Assembly (NCBI RefSeq): GCF_008000775.2
Contig: NZ_CP042905.2
Coordinates: 3,630,001-3,662,000 of the forward strand
Reading direction: 5' to 3'
DNA: 32,000 nt
Source: Promethearchaeum syntrophicum
GTDB taxonomy: Archaea; Asgardarchaeota; Lokiarchaeia; Sigyniarchaeales; Promethearchaeaceae
This document shows, in pieces, positions 19,312 through 30,214 of the stretch (its first letter is position 1; every line of letters begins with the position of its first letter). The position numbers and the translations under genes are program-made. The notes beneath the pieces are model-generated. The model saw nothing but the letters and a program-made list of their open reading frames with translations, searched no databases and was not told the origin of the DNA.

Positions 19312-20808
19312 ATGGAAAACAACAACAATAATCAACTAGATCCAGATAAAAAGGAGATTGTGGCAAATAATCAAGATTTAAAAATTCAAAATTCAATATT
19401 GCATGAAGATAATGAAGATAATGAGCAAATTTTATTTTTTAAACAAAAGATCGAGAAGATCTTAAAGGAATATGTTACAGTATTTGAAGTAGAAGAAAAA
19501 AACGAGATAGAAGAGAAAGAAAGGATTAAAGACACTGAAGATGATGTGAAAAAAATCCTTCCTGAATTTATTATTTGTATTACTAGAAAAGATTCTATTG
19601 AAGAATTAGAAATGATGAAAGACCATCTTAATCAGTCTGGATTTAAATTCACTTTGAATATAATAAAGAAGGAAGATCCCAAAGACTATGCGAATCGAAA
19701 AGAGATTATTGATTATATAGATTCGGTAGAAAAAAAAAATTACGGAAATAATTCTATTTCAAATGATGATAGAATTCATAAATACACTCTCTTTAGAATG
19801 AAGTTTAATCCTATTAGTCCCCTTTTTTATCAGAAAATGAAGAAGAAATCACGTAATAACATTTTAGATAGAAAAAAAATCAATCTGAATTTAACACGTT
19901 TATCTCTTTCGTTGCTTGGCTTAGCCCTTTTTATTGTTATTCAAGTAAATATTTTAACAGATCACTCGGATTTTACATCATCTTTTTTGAATTCCTTTGG
20001 AACTTCAGATGAGGAAACTAAAAAAATAAATATTTTGTATTTAGTTTTAGGATTTGTATCCATCATATTGGTTCGTGAAATTACTTACTTAATAACTTCC
20101 AGGATTCGAGATGTTAAATATGAAACACCTTATTTTGCTAGTTTAGATAATTTATCTGTCAAAAAATTAAATCCTAACAATATGTTTGATTTAGCCGCTT
20201 CGCGTATTCTTTCAGGATTTCTATGCTCTCTGTTATTATTAATAATGGGTTTGGTATTATCAGAGCAAATTCCAACAAGTCTTTTAATCTCTAATAAAAC
20301 GGGAGATCATATAAACAGATATAATCTATTGACTCAATTATTGAAAAATCTCTTTTTTTCAGATCAAAATAATTTCATTGAGATATTATATGGCGATTCT
20401 ACTTATCTATTACCTAAATATACCATTCTAATGCACCCTCTTGCTTACGCAGGACACTTGGGGCTTCTATTGACTCTCTTCAGTATTTTTCCAATCCAAT
20501 ACACTGATGGCGGAAAAATGTATTATGCTGTATTTAGAAATAAATATGGTCATTGGATCGGATTAGCATTAGTTGCAGTACTTATTGCAACACTGATAGT
20601 TTTTTCTGAGTATGTGTTTTTAATTATCGCTATTTTTCTAATAACTGGAATTAAAATTTATGATTCTAAATATCAAATAGAAGATTTAAAATTCAATTTA
20701 TACCCAATATCAAAAGGAAGAAAAAAATTTCTTATTCTATTTGTGATTTTAATAGTATTGATTTTTCCAATTTCAACATTAGTCAACTTTTTTGGATATT
20801 TGTACTAA
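19312..20808 (+). CDS. M50 site-2-protease-fold membrane protein, predicted catalytically inactive
   Basis: HPLAYAGHLGLLLTLFSIFPIQYTDGG matches the archaeal S2P NxxPxxxxDG region. The expected HExxH position reads REITY (20074-20088). Begins 3 nt after the previous stop. Confidence 0.75.
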   Translation: MENNNNNQLDPDKKEIVANNQDLKIQNSILHEDNEDNEQILFFKQKIEKILKEYVTVFEVEEKNEIEEKERIKDTEDDVKKILPEFIICITRKDSIEELEMMKDHLNQSGFKFTLNIIKKEDPKDYANRKEIIDYIDSVEKKNYGNNSISNDDRIHKYTLFRMKFNPISPLFYQKMKKKSRNNILDRKKINLNLTRLSLSLLGLALFIVIQVNILTDHSDFTSSFLNSFGTSDEETKKINILYLVLGFVSIILVREITYLITSRIRDVKYETPYFASLDNLSVKKLNPNNMFDLAASRILSGFLCSLLLLIMGLVLSEQIPTSLLISNKTGDHINRYNLLTQLLKNLFFSDQNNFIEILYGDSTYLLPKYTILMHPLAYAGHLGLLLTLFSIFPIQYTDGGKMYYAVFRNKYGHWIGLALVAVLIATLIVFSEYVFLIIAIFLITGIKIYDSKYQIEDLKFNLYPISKGRKKFLILFVILIVLIFPISTLVNFFGYLY

Positions 20809-20821
20809 TTTAACACTTTTT

Positions 20822-21967
20822 TCATTTTTTAAAGAGTAATTTCACATCATTTTGCTCTTCGACCCAATATTGATCGAAGATTTCCTTAGCTCGTTCACGC
20901 TGACTCTGGTGTTTCTTTAGAAAGTGGATTATCTTTTCTTGAAGATATATTTTACATTGACCACAGAGACGTTCTCCCTTCCGGCATTCTTCATCAATGG
21001 TTGAGATTATTTTATTGTCCATTTCAAAAAGCATGAAGAGATATTTAAACACGGAACAAATTTCAGGATTCCCCCCTTTTTCTCTTTGTTCTTTGGCTGA
21101 TCCCCGTCCGCCAGTAAATGCTCTATTAATTTTCTTTTTGATAGTAGCTATATTATCTGTTGTGTATATGGCTCCAACGCCTTCAGAAGCTGACATTTTC
21201 CCCCCTTGTTTTAGTCCTGGAAGAAATAGGCATTGAATTGAAGCGGGTTTATAGTAATTCAATTTCGGTAATACGTCCCGTGCAATACGAAAGTGAGGAT
21301 CTTGGTCAACAGCATGAGGGATTAGGCACGGGACATTATTTCCAGTAATAACACTCTTCATAATGGCTGGAACTGCTTGCATGCTAGTATAAAAGATTTT
21401 CCCAATATTAGAACTCTCGTTTAATCCAAAAGATGCTTTAATCATAGAAAAAGTTATCCGATTGGCTATTAATGCCGCTTGGTTGTACATAAATTTTGCA
21501 ATTCCTGTGTTAGAGAAAATATGGGTTTTTTTAGGATCAAAACCCATAGCGATCACATCTAAAGCGTTTTCTCGGGCGAGAGCTTGAGCTTTTTTTAATG
21601 AAATATCATCTTTGAAATAAAATTTTTCATCATCAGTCATTTGGAAAAAGAGTTCAACACCAAACTTATCTTGTAACCACTTAGTAAATAACCAAGGCAT
21701 AATATGTCCCAGATGCACACTTCCTGAGGGACCCCGTCCAGTATAAAGATAAAATACGTTTCCTTTTTCATATTCGTCCAATATCCAATTCATGTCTCTG
21801 TGAGCAAAAAAAATCCCATGAGTAAGATATGGATGTAAAACTCTGGTGTGTTTTTTAATTCTTCTTAAAAGATTTTTATCTATCAGTTGAATCCCAAATT
21901 CTTTAATCAGTTTTGAGTAATCAACATCCCCAATTACTTCCCAAGGGGTTACTTTAAAATTTTCCAT
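20822..21967 (-). CDS. trpS: Tryptophanyl-tRNA synthetase (archaeal/eukaryotic type)
   Basis: GRGPSGSVHLGHIMPW (HIGH-like), QMTDDEKF, PHAVDQDPHFRIARD, GGKMSAS (KMSKS-like). Confidence 0.93.
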   Translation of the reverse strand: MENFKVTPWEVIGDVDYSKLIKEFGIQLIDKNLLRRIKKHTRVLHPYLTHGIFFAHRDMNWILDEYEKGNVFYLYTGRGPSGSVHLGHIMPWLFTKWLQDKFGVELFFQMTDDEKFYFKDDISLKKAQALARENALDVIAMGFDPKKTHIFSNTGIAKFMYNQAALIANRITFSMIKASFGLNESSNIGKIFYTSMQAVPAIMKSVITGNNVPCLIPHAVDQDPHFRIARDVLPKLNYYKPASIQCLFLPGLKQGGKMSASEGVGAIYTTDNIATIKKKINRAFTGGRGSAKEQREKGGNPEICSVFKYLFMLFEMDNKIISTIDEECRKGERLCGQCKIYLQEKIIHFLKKHQSQRERAKEIFDQYWVEEQNDVKLLFKK

Positions 21968-22367
21968 GGTTAATCCTTTTTTGTTTTTTTATGGTTATTT
22001 TTAATTCTTATTCATTTATATCCCTAAAAAAAAAATTTATTCTTAATTAAATATATTAAAAATGTTTGAAAATACAGCAGCTCTAAGATAGCAGATCAAA
22101 ATATAGAGATCTTTACACTTTCTTAGAGCAAGTGCCAAGGCCAAGAATTTAAAAGAAAAGAATCAGAGGTTTGTGAATTAATAAAAAAATATTCAAGTTT
22201 TTCTTTAGCCATAATGATACCTTCTGAACTAAAAATAGTAATAACCATTTATTAAAAAACATTTCCAACATCTTAAGGTGTGTTTTTACACTATATGCCA
22301 AAATAATGATTGTGTTTAATAAACTTGATCAAGAAATGGATAAAAAAAAAGAAAAGAAACTTACTAT

Positions 22368-24083
22368 TTAATTCACATCCCATTTACCATTAGATCTAAG
22401 GGTTTCGCTAATTTTTAAACCACGTTTCCGTAATTCGACATAATCAACCTTTTTCGTCCGATTTAAAGGCATTTCACCAGGTTCAATAATTTCAAAATGA
22501 AGTGGACGTTTATATGAGGCAATTTCGGGTAAGATTTGTTTTATTTCTTCAACGTTTAATTCAGTTTTTGGGTTTTTTGCAACAAAGGCAATTATACCTT
22601 CACTAAAAATTTTGTGTGGGGCACCGACAACTCCAACCATCATTATTTTTTCTTTGAATTTATTTTGAATGAAATCTTCGATTTCTGCAGGAAAGACTTG
22701 ATATCCTTTTGGTTTAATTACATTTTTTGCGCGTCCCGAGAGATGTAACCCATTTTCATCATAAGAACCAAGATCTCCGGTATAGCAGAATCCGTCAGTG
22801 GAAATAGTACGTCGAGTTTTTTCTTCATCATTTAAGTATCCTAAAAATACTTGTGAACCTGAGAAACAGATATGCCCGATTTCTCCGCCTGATAATTCCA
22901 AACCAGCGGAACCATCCTCATTCATTTCTTTTCGTATACTGAGAGGGCATAGAGGGGATTTATATCCAATTTTTCCATATACTTCATCAACTGAATTACT
23001 TAACTTACAATACACTGGCACTCCGCTCATTTCAGTAATCCCATACCCTGAACCAAAAATCGGACTAAATAGTTTAAGTTGAGACAGGAATTCTTTTGTT
23101 GCAGTTTGCCCAACTGATAAAGCCCAACGTAAAGAAGAAACATCATATTCCTTATAATTAGGGATTTGCCACATTATTGAATACATTGCGGGAACCATAC
23201 CAAGAATAGATACCTTATATTTCTGGATTGCATCAAGAGATTGAACTGGGTTAAACATATGAAGTAAACATGAGATACCCCCCAAATATAACATAGTCAT
23301 ATGTTGGATAATTGTACCCCCCGCATGCGATGGAGGTAGGTTCACCAGCATGACGTCGCTTTTAGCACCTTTCCAAGCTACTTTAAATCCAATACTTTGA
23401 ATGAGAATTCCTTCGCTGCTTATTAAAGCAGGTTTTGGGTATCCCGTACTCCCAGTGGTAAACAGCATTACAATGGGATCACGTTTGGTAACTTGTTTTT
23501 GGAAATCATCAAGACTTTTAAGATCAAATTCTTGGTGTTGCATGAAATCACCAAACCCAATTGCGTTATCAACTATTAAATCAGGTTCTCTTTGAAATTG
23601 AATAAATATTTCACATGGTCCACCATTTTTTTTACTATATTTTTTAATCAACGCTTCAATATTTGGTCGAAAATCCGCAATTTCTGTTTTACCTACAGTA
23701 AAATATGCTTTTGGGGATATAATTGAGAAACATCGATCAAGCTCGTTAATTTTAAGTCGTAAATCTAAAGGAGTAATTATTGCTCCAATTCTGGCACATG
23801 CTTGCATTAAGTAAGCATGTTCTTTTAGGAATGGTAATGATGTTGCAATTACATCACCTTTTTTGACTCCTTTTGATATCAATTTTGCAGCAATAATTTT
23901 AGACATTTCGGAAAATTCTTTCCACGAAACTTTTTTCTCTGTATTATATTCAATTATCGCTGTCTTATCCGGCATTTCTTTAGCCCAATGATCTAACCAA
24001 TTAAAGACAAGAGGGTTTTGATCAAGTGCTTTATAGAGTTGTTTACATTGCTCATCTTGTTCAGAATTTAGAATAATATTCAC
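22368..24083 (-). CDS. AMP-dependent synthetase/ligase (acyl-CoA synthetase class I family)
   Basis: LFTTGSTGYPKPALIS phosphate-binding motif, SGYGITEMSG, CYTGDLG, GRAKNVIKPKGYQVFPAEIE, NRTKKVDY. Confidence 0.92.
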   Translation of the reverse strand: MNIILNSEQDEQCKQLYKALDQNPLVFNWLDHWAKEMPDKTAIIEYNTEKKVSWKEFSEMSKIIAAKLISKGVKKGDVIATSLPFLKEHAYLMQACARIGAIITPLDLRLKINELDRCFSIISPKAYFTVGKTEIADFRPNIEALIKKYSKKNGGPCEIFIQFQREPDLIVDNAIGFGDFMQHQEFDLKSLDDFQKQVTKRDPIVMLFTTGSTGYPKPALISSEGILIQSIGFKVAWKGAKSDVMLVNLPPSHAGGTIIQHMTMLYLGGISCLLHMFNPVQSLDAIQKYKVSILGMVPAMYSIMWQIPNYKEYDVSSLRWALSVGQTATKEFLSQLKLFSPIFGSGYGITEMSGVPVYCKLSNSVDEVYGKIGYKSPLCPLSIRKEMNEDGSAGLELSGGEIGHICFSGSQVFLGYLNDEEKTRRTISTDGFCYTGDLGSYDENGLHLSGRAKNVIKPKGYQVFPAEIEDFIQNKFKEKIMMVGVVGAPHKIFSEGIIAFVAKNPKTELNVEEIKQILPEIASYKRPLHFEIIEPGEMPLNRTKKVDYVELRKRGLKISETLRSNGKWDVN

Positions 24084-24296
24084 CTTTATGATTTTTATTG
24101 ATGTTAAAATAAGATCCCAATCTATTTTACTTCGATTTTAAATCTTAATAATCTTTATTAAATGATTAATCTATGATAAAGGGATAAATAGAATTTTATG
24201 TAGATTTATAGATAGAAAATGTGTAGAATTTATAAAATGCAAGAATAACCGTATACTTTATGAACTAATTTTCTTAAACCTAATTAGGAGTTATTA

Positions 24297-25697
24297 ATGG
24301 AAACTGATAGTAATCACGAGAAAATGCTAAATAATCAAGATAAGATGAAATTACAGAAGGAATTTGCGGATTATAATTTCTTTTTTCGATTATCACATTT
24401 CATACTAAAATACCGGTTATATCGCGGTTTTGATGGTCTACCATTTCTTGGATTACGTATGATCGCCATAGTTTTAGGGAAAATAAATGCAAAGAAGGTT
24501 TATAAGAAACTTCACACTATTTGGCAAATATTATATCCCGATGCGTTTTTAAAGAAAATTAATACAAATAAATGGGCAGATTGTTTTATTACGTTTAATA
24601 TTGAATTATTTTTTATTATTAGCTTTATTTTACCCCTTCATTCGTATAAGAACATTGAAACTTATGCCCCGCTTCAAGGAATAGAGCATTTAGAGAATGC
24701 TTTAAAACGGGGAAAGGGTGCTTTAATAACAACAACTCACTTAGGTCAAAGTGTAAACCCAATTAGCACTTTACTCCATCATAAAATATATATCAATGAT
24801 AAAGAAGAGAAAATTTTTGTGGTTATTCTTACATCACGTTCTAAAGAATTTGTGTTCAGAGAAATTTCGAAAAAATGGGACAATATTGACGTTGTTATCT
24901 CGGGAAAATTTGATACTTTACAAGATATTATCAAAAATCATTTAGAGCAAAATCATTGTGTTTTATTCATGCAAGATTTTTACCATAAAAGTCAATTACG
25001 TGTCCCGTTTATATATAGGAGTAAAAGATATAATTTTTTAGTCCCATGTCCACAAATGGTATCATCATTTCATTTCAATCATGGTTCTCCTGTTTTACCT
25101 ATGCTTTCATTCCCAACGGATGATATTCGAAAGACCAAGTTAATAATATTAGAAGAAATGGATCTTATGAAATTAGATCCCAATGAAGAAGAATCCCTAA
25201 TAAAGGATGAACTTTTAAAATTCCAAAGTGGGAAATTAACCAAAAAGGCCAAATATGGTTTATTATCTTTAAAAATAAATGAATTTTTAAATCCATTAAT
25301 TTTAAAATTTCCATTTTACTGGGAAGAATTATATTCCTTTAAGAAAAAGAGTAGTTTTCGAATTAATTTTAAGGAGGTTAATTCATATTATAAGTTTTTA
25401 GAGTTAACTATTGAACAATTAAAGAAATTTATTGAAAATTCTTACGAACCGGGTCGTGACGACCAAAAAATAATAACAGTTCTAGAAGATATAAAGAAGG
25501 AAATGAAAACTTTAATTAGAGAAAAAGAAGAAGATTTTCATATACATAATAAATTTATTGAAATCGGGAACCTTAACACATTTCAAGCGATAAAAAAAGT
25601 CGTTTCAATTGCATTAGCTTATCAAACTATATTTATTAAAGAAAATTATTCAAATATTGAGAATTTATTGAAAAAACTAATATTATACTCAAAATGA
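24297..25697 (+). CDS. LpxL/HtrB-like lysophospholipid acyltransferase superfamily protein
   Basis: KGALITTTHLGQSVNPI plus VVISGKFDTLQDIIKNHLEQNHCVLFMQDFYHKSQLRVPFI and GSPVLPMLSF arrangement typical of the LPLAT/HtrB fold. Confidence 0.6.
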   Translation: METDSNHEKMLNNQDKMKLQKEFADYNFFFRLSHFILKYRLYRGFDGLPFLGLRMIAIVLGKINAKKVYKKLHTIWQILYPDAFLKKINTNKWADCFITFNIELFFIISFILPLHSYKNIETYAPLQGIEHLENALKRGKGALITTTHLGQSVNPISTLLHHKIYINDKEEKIFVVILTSRSKEFVFREISKKWDNIDVVISGKFDTLQDIIKNHLEQNHCVLFMQDFYHKSQLRVPFIYRSKRYNFLVPCPQMVSSFHFNHGSPVLPMLSFPTDDIRKTKLIILEEMDLMKLDPNEEESLIKDELLKFQSGKLTKKAKYGLLSLKINEFLNPLILKFPFYWEELYSFKKKSSFRINFKEVNSYYKFLELTIEQLKKFIENSYEPGRDDQKIITVLEDIKKEMKTLIREKEEDFHIHNKFIEIGNLNTFQAIKKVVSIALAYQTIFIKENYSNIENLLKKLILYSK

Positions 25698-25731
25698 AAA
25701 ATGTAAATAAAATTGGAAAAAAAAATCGTTA

Positions 25732-27096
<1,365 letters not shown>

Positions 27097-27100
27097 TCAC

Positions 27101-30100
27101 CTATTTCTTTTTTTTTTCACTTTCCCAATCTTTAAATATTTTTGTTTTCCGACCTCGAACAATGGCTTTTTTGTCTGTTTCTTGATTGTATAGTTCATAT
27201 TTTTCTTCAATGGACAAACTTTCAAAAGATTTCTTTGAGAGATCTACCTTTTTCTCTTTTGGTGGTTCTTCTTTCTTCTTAGCAGTTGTTTTCTTCTTAG
27301 CCGTTTTCTTGGTTGTCTTCTTTTTAGCAACCGTTTTCTTCTTAGTAGTTTTCTTGGTTGTCTTCTTCTTAACGGCTTTCTCTACTGCTTTCTTTTCAAT
27401 AACTTTTTCTTTTATTATAGGAGTTTCTGCAATTATTTCTTCTTTTTTAGGTTTAACTTTGCTTTTTGATTTAATGTTAACCGATTTTGAGGTACCTGCA
27501 TCTTCTATTACATACTCTACTGGAAATTCAGGATGAGTACGACCATTTAGGGATTCAGCAATTACTTTCTCTTCTTTCAGTAATTCTCTGTATGCTTTCG
27601 TTTTTAATACAATCTGCTCAAAGCTTATGATGTCTCCACCATCCGAATGTGCAGGATCAACTCCGTCATCACCATATTTGAATTGTATAATGTTTTTTTC
27701 TGATGTTCTTACAGTTAAATCATTTTCTACAACCATATCTTGTAATGCATTCACTAATCGTCTTTGCATATATCCTGAAGAGCTGGTTCGGACTGCGGTA
27801 TCTACCAATCCTTCTCGTCCACCCATAGCATGGAAAAAGAATTCTGTAGGAGTCAATCCAGTTCGATAAGAATTTAAAACAAAACCTCTTGCTGGAGGAG
27901 ATAAATCTTTAATTTTAAAATGTGGTAATGTTCTATCAATAAAACCTCTATGAATCCGATCTTGACGAACAGATTGTTGCCCTACACAAGCAGCCATCTG
28001 AGCAAGGTTGAGAGGATTTCCTCGTGCTCCAGATTTCGTCATAATAACAGAATGAGCCCTATCTCCAAGATATTCGGCGGCAATATTTCCAGCATCACCC
28101 CGAGCTTGGTTTAAGAGCCCCATTAATTGTAATTCTAAGGTTTCATATAAAGTTCTTCCAGGAGCACAAGGTAATACTTCTTGATCATCATCGTGATATG
28201 CTTTTATTAACCTATTTGATTCATTATATGCGTCATAAATCACACCATGCACATTTTTTCTTGCAACGCCGATATCAACTTCATCAATACCCATCGTTAA
28301 ACCATGAATTGTTATTACCCAAACAAGCATGTAAACTGCATCATCTAAGAATTCTCTTCCTCGATTAGGGCCATAATCTCGAATTACCCGTTGTAGGATA
28401 CTTGAAATTCTGCCATCACCAAAGGAATTTTTATCTAAAACTCCCGATAACATCTTCCCATTTTTAATGAATACAAAACCATCACCCTTTTCACCTTCTT
28501 CTTCACGGTAGAATTTGGATCTAATACTCATGTTTAAATCATGGGGTAAAATGCAGCTGAAAATAGCTTTTCCCGTATACATCCTGTCTTCTTTCGGTGC
28601 TTCTGGATTAACGGGTATTATTTGGTCAATTTTGAATGAGGGGTTTCGTTTAAATACATTCCCCCAATAAAGTAAAGAAAATGTGTCTTTTCTAGAAAAA
28701 GTATTTGGAACTCCAGGAGATCGTTCATCTCTGGTGAACATATATCCAACAGAAATAAAATCTTGGATACCACCAATGATTGGTCCTCCAAATCTAGGAG
28801 ATATAATATGTTCTTGGACTTTTAATAGATATTGGGCTTCGGTACGTGCCTCCTCGCTTTGAGGAACGTGAAGATTCATTTCATCACCATCGAAATCAGC
28901 GTTATATGGAGGGCAAACTACTAAAGATAATCGAAATGTCTGACCTTGCATAACTTTTACTTCATGAGCCATAATGGACATCCTATGAAGAGAAGGTTGC
29001 CGATTAAATAAGACAAGGTCCCCATCTCGCAAGTGTCTTTCGATTATAAATCCTGGTTTGATAGTAGAAGCAACAATTTCTCTGGCTTTTACAAATCTTA
29101 AGTCAATTCTTCTTCCATCTTCACGAATTATATAATTTGCACCAGGATGATTTTTAGGACCATTTAAAACAACTTGTTTCATTTCTTCGATATTAAATTC
29201 CGTAACATAGCTTGGAACGGTTAAAATTTTGGCAATTTTTTCTGGAACACCTACTTGATTAATGGATATATGAGGATTAGGGGAAATAACAGTTCGAGCC
29301 GAGAAATCAACACGTTTTCCTGAAAGATTGCTTCTAAATCTTCCCTCTTTTCCTTTTAATCTTTGAGTTAAAGTTCTTAGTGCACGACCAGAGCGATGTC
29401 TTGCAGGGGGAATCCCACTGACTTCATTATTAAAATACGTAGTTATGTGATATTGTAGTAATTCCCATAAATCCTCTACAATTAATTGTGGAGCCCCAGC
29501 ATCGATATTTTCTCGCAATCTTTGATTAATTCTGATAACATCAACTAATTTATGCGTTAAATCATCTTCTGATCTGATTCCACTATCTAATGTAATAGAA
29601 GGTCTAACACAAACTGGAGGAATGGGTAATACAGTTAAAATCATCCATTCAGGTCGCGCCGTTGATGGGTTAATCCCAACTAATTCACAATCGTCAACAT
29701 TCATATTTTCAAGTCGTTCTCTGAGGAAATTTGGAGTTAAGCGTTCCCCATCTTCATATAAAGTAGTTGGTTTTTCGATCGTAATTTTTTTCTTTGGTTC
29801 GCCACAATAAGGACATTCTTTTGCTTTTCTTGCAGTTTTAAATATTTCTGAATAAATAGTCTCATCATTTTCATCAAAAATATCCCTATAATTCTTCTGT
29901 TTAGAACGATACTGTTGAATTTGATCTTCCGTGATTAATAAACGTGAACAATTTGAACATAATGCTCTTAGAATTTTTAATAGAAGTTTTGCATGACCCA
30001 CATGTATTACTGGTCTTGCTAACTCAATATGACCAAAATGACCATGGCATGCTCCCACTCGATTACCACATGTGGCGCATTTTTGACCAGGTTCTATGGT

Positions 30101-30214
30101 ACCGAGTTTAAGATCCATTAACCCTGATTTAATAGGGAGACCATCCTCATCATATGTATCAGCCGTAATTATTCTGCCAACAGACATTTTCCTGATTTCT
30201 TCAGGTGAAAGCAA
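27101..30214 (-). CDS. rpoA1: DNA-directed RNA polymerase subunit A' with a long Lys-rich C-terminal extension
   Basis: CATCGNRVGACHGHFGHIELARPV zinc region, FNRQPSLHRMSIMAHEV, NADFDGDEMNLHVP catalytic loop. Confidence 0.98.
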   Translation of the reverse strand: MLSPEEIRKMSVGRIITADTYDEDGLPIKSGLMDLKLGTIEPGQKCATCGNRVGACHGHFGHIELARPVIHVGHAKLLLKILRALCSNCSRLLITEDQIQQYRSKQKNYRDIFDENDETIYSEIFKTARKAKECPYCGEPKKKITIEKPTTLYEDGERLTPNFLRERLENMNVDDCELVGINPSTARPEWMILTVLPIPPVCVRPSITLDSGIRSEDDLTHKLVDVIRINQRLRENIDAGAPQLIVEDLWELLQYHITTYFNNEVSGIPPARHRSGRALRTLTQRLKGKEGRFRSNLSGKRVDFSARTVISPNPHISINQVGVPEKIAKILTVPSYVTEFNIEEMKQVVLNGPKNHPGANYIIREDGRRIDLRFVKAREIVASTIKPGFIIERHLRDGDLVLFNRQPSLHRMSIMAHEVKVMQGQTFRLSLVVCPPYNADFDGDEMNLHVPQSEEARTEAQYLLKVQEHIISPRFGGPIIGGIQDFISVGYMFTRDERSPGVPNTFSRKDTFSLLYWGNVFKRNPSFKIDQIIPVNPEAPKEDRMYTGKAIFSCILPHDLNMSIRSKFYREEEGEKGDGFVFIKNGKMLSGVLDKNSFGDGRISSILQRVIRDYGPNRGREFLDDAVYMLVWVITIHGLTMGIDEVDIGVARKNVHGVIYDAYNESNRLIKAYHDDDQEVLPCAPGRTLYETLELQLMGLLNQARGDAGNIAAEYLGDRAHSVIMTKSGARGNPLNLAQMAACVGQQSVRQDRIHRGFIDRTLPHFKIKDLSPPARGFVLNSYRTGLTPTEFFFHAMGGREGLVDTAVRTSSSGYMQRRLVNALQDMVVENDLTVRTSEKNIIQFKYGDDGVDPAHSDGGDIISFEQIVLKTKAYRELLKEEKVIAESLNGRTHPEFPVEYVIEDAGTSKSVNIKSKSKVKPKKEEIIAETPIIKEKVIEKKAVEKAVKKKTTKKTTKKKTVAKKKTTKKTAKKKTTAKKKEEPPKEKKVDLSKKSFESLSIEEKYELYNQETDKKAIVRGRKTKIFKDWESEKKKK
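27272..27395. repeat. Low-complexity coding repeat ((A/T)KKK(T)TKK-type)
   Basis: The segment TTTCTTGGTTGTCTTCTT recurs in the stretch encoding KKKTTKKTTKKKTVAKKKTTKKTAKKKTTAKKK of RpoA'. Confidence 0.7.

Noticed and set aside
13523-25731. The insert as a classical transposon, IS element or provirus
   Set aside because: No transposase, integrase, capsid or terminase gene and no clear terminal inverted repeats or target duplications were seen. Insertion by homologous recombination or rearrangement is only an inference.
27186-27536. 116-aa plus-strand ORF (FFFLAVVFFLAVFLVVFFLATVFF...)
   Set aside because: It is the antisense of the Lys-rich AAG/AAA/ACA repeats of rpoA1; the Phe/Leu/Val-rich translation is an artefact, not a real membrane protein.
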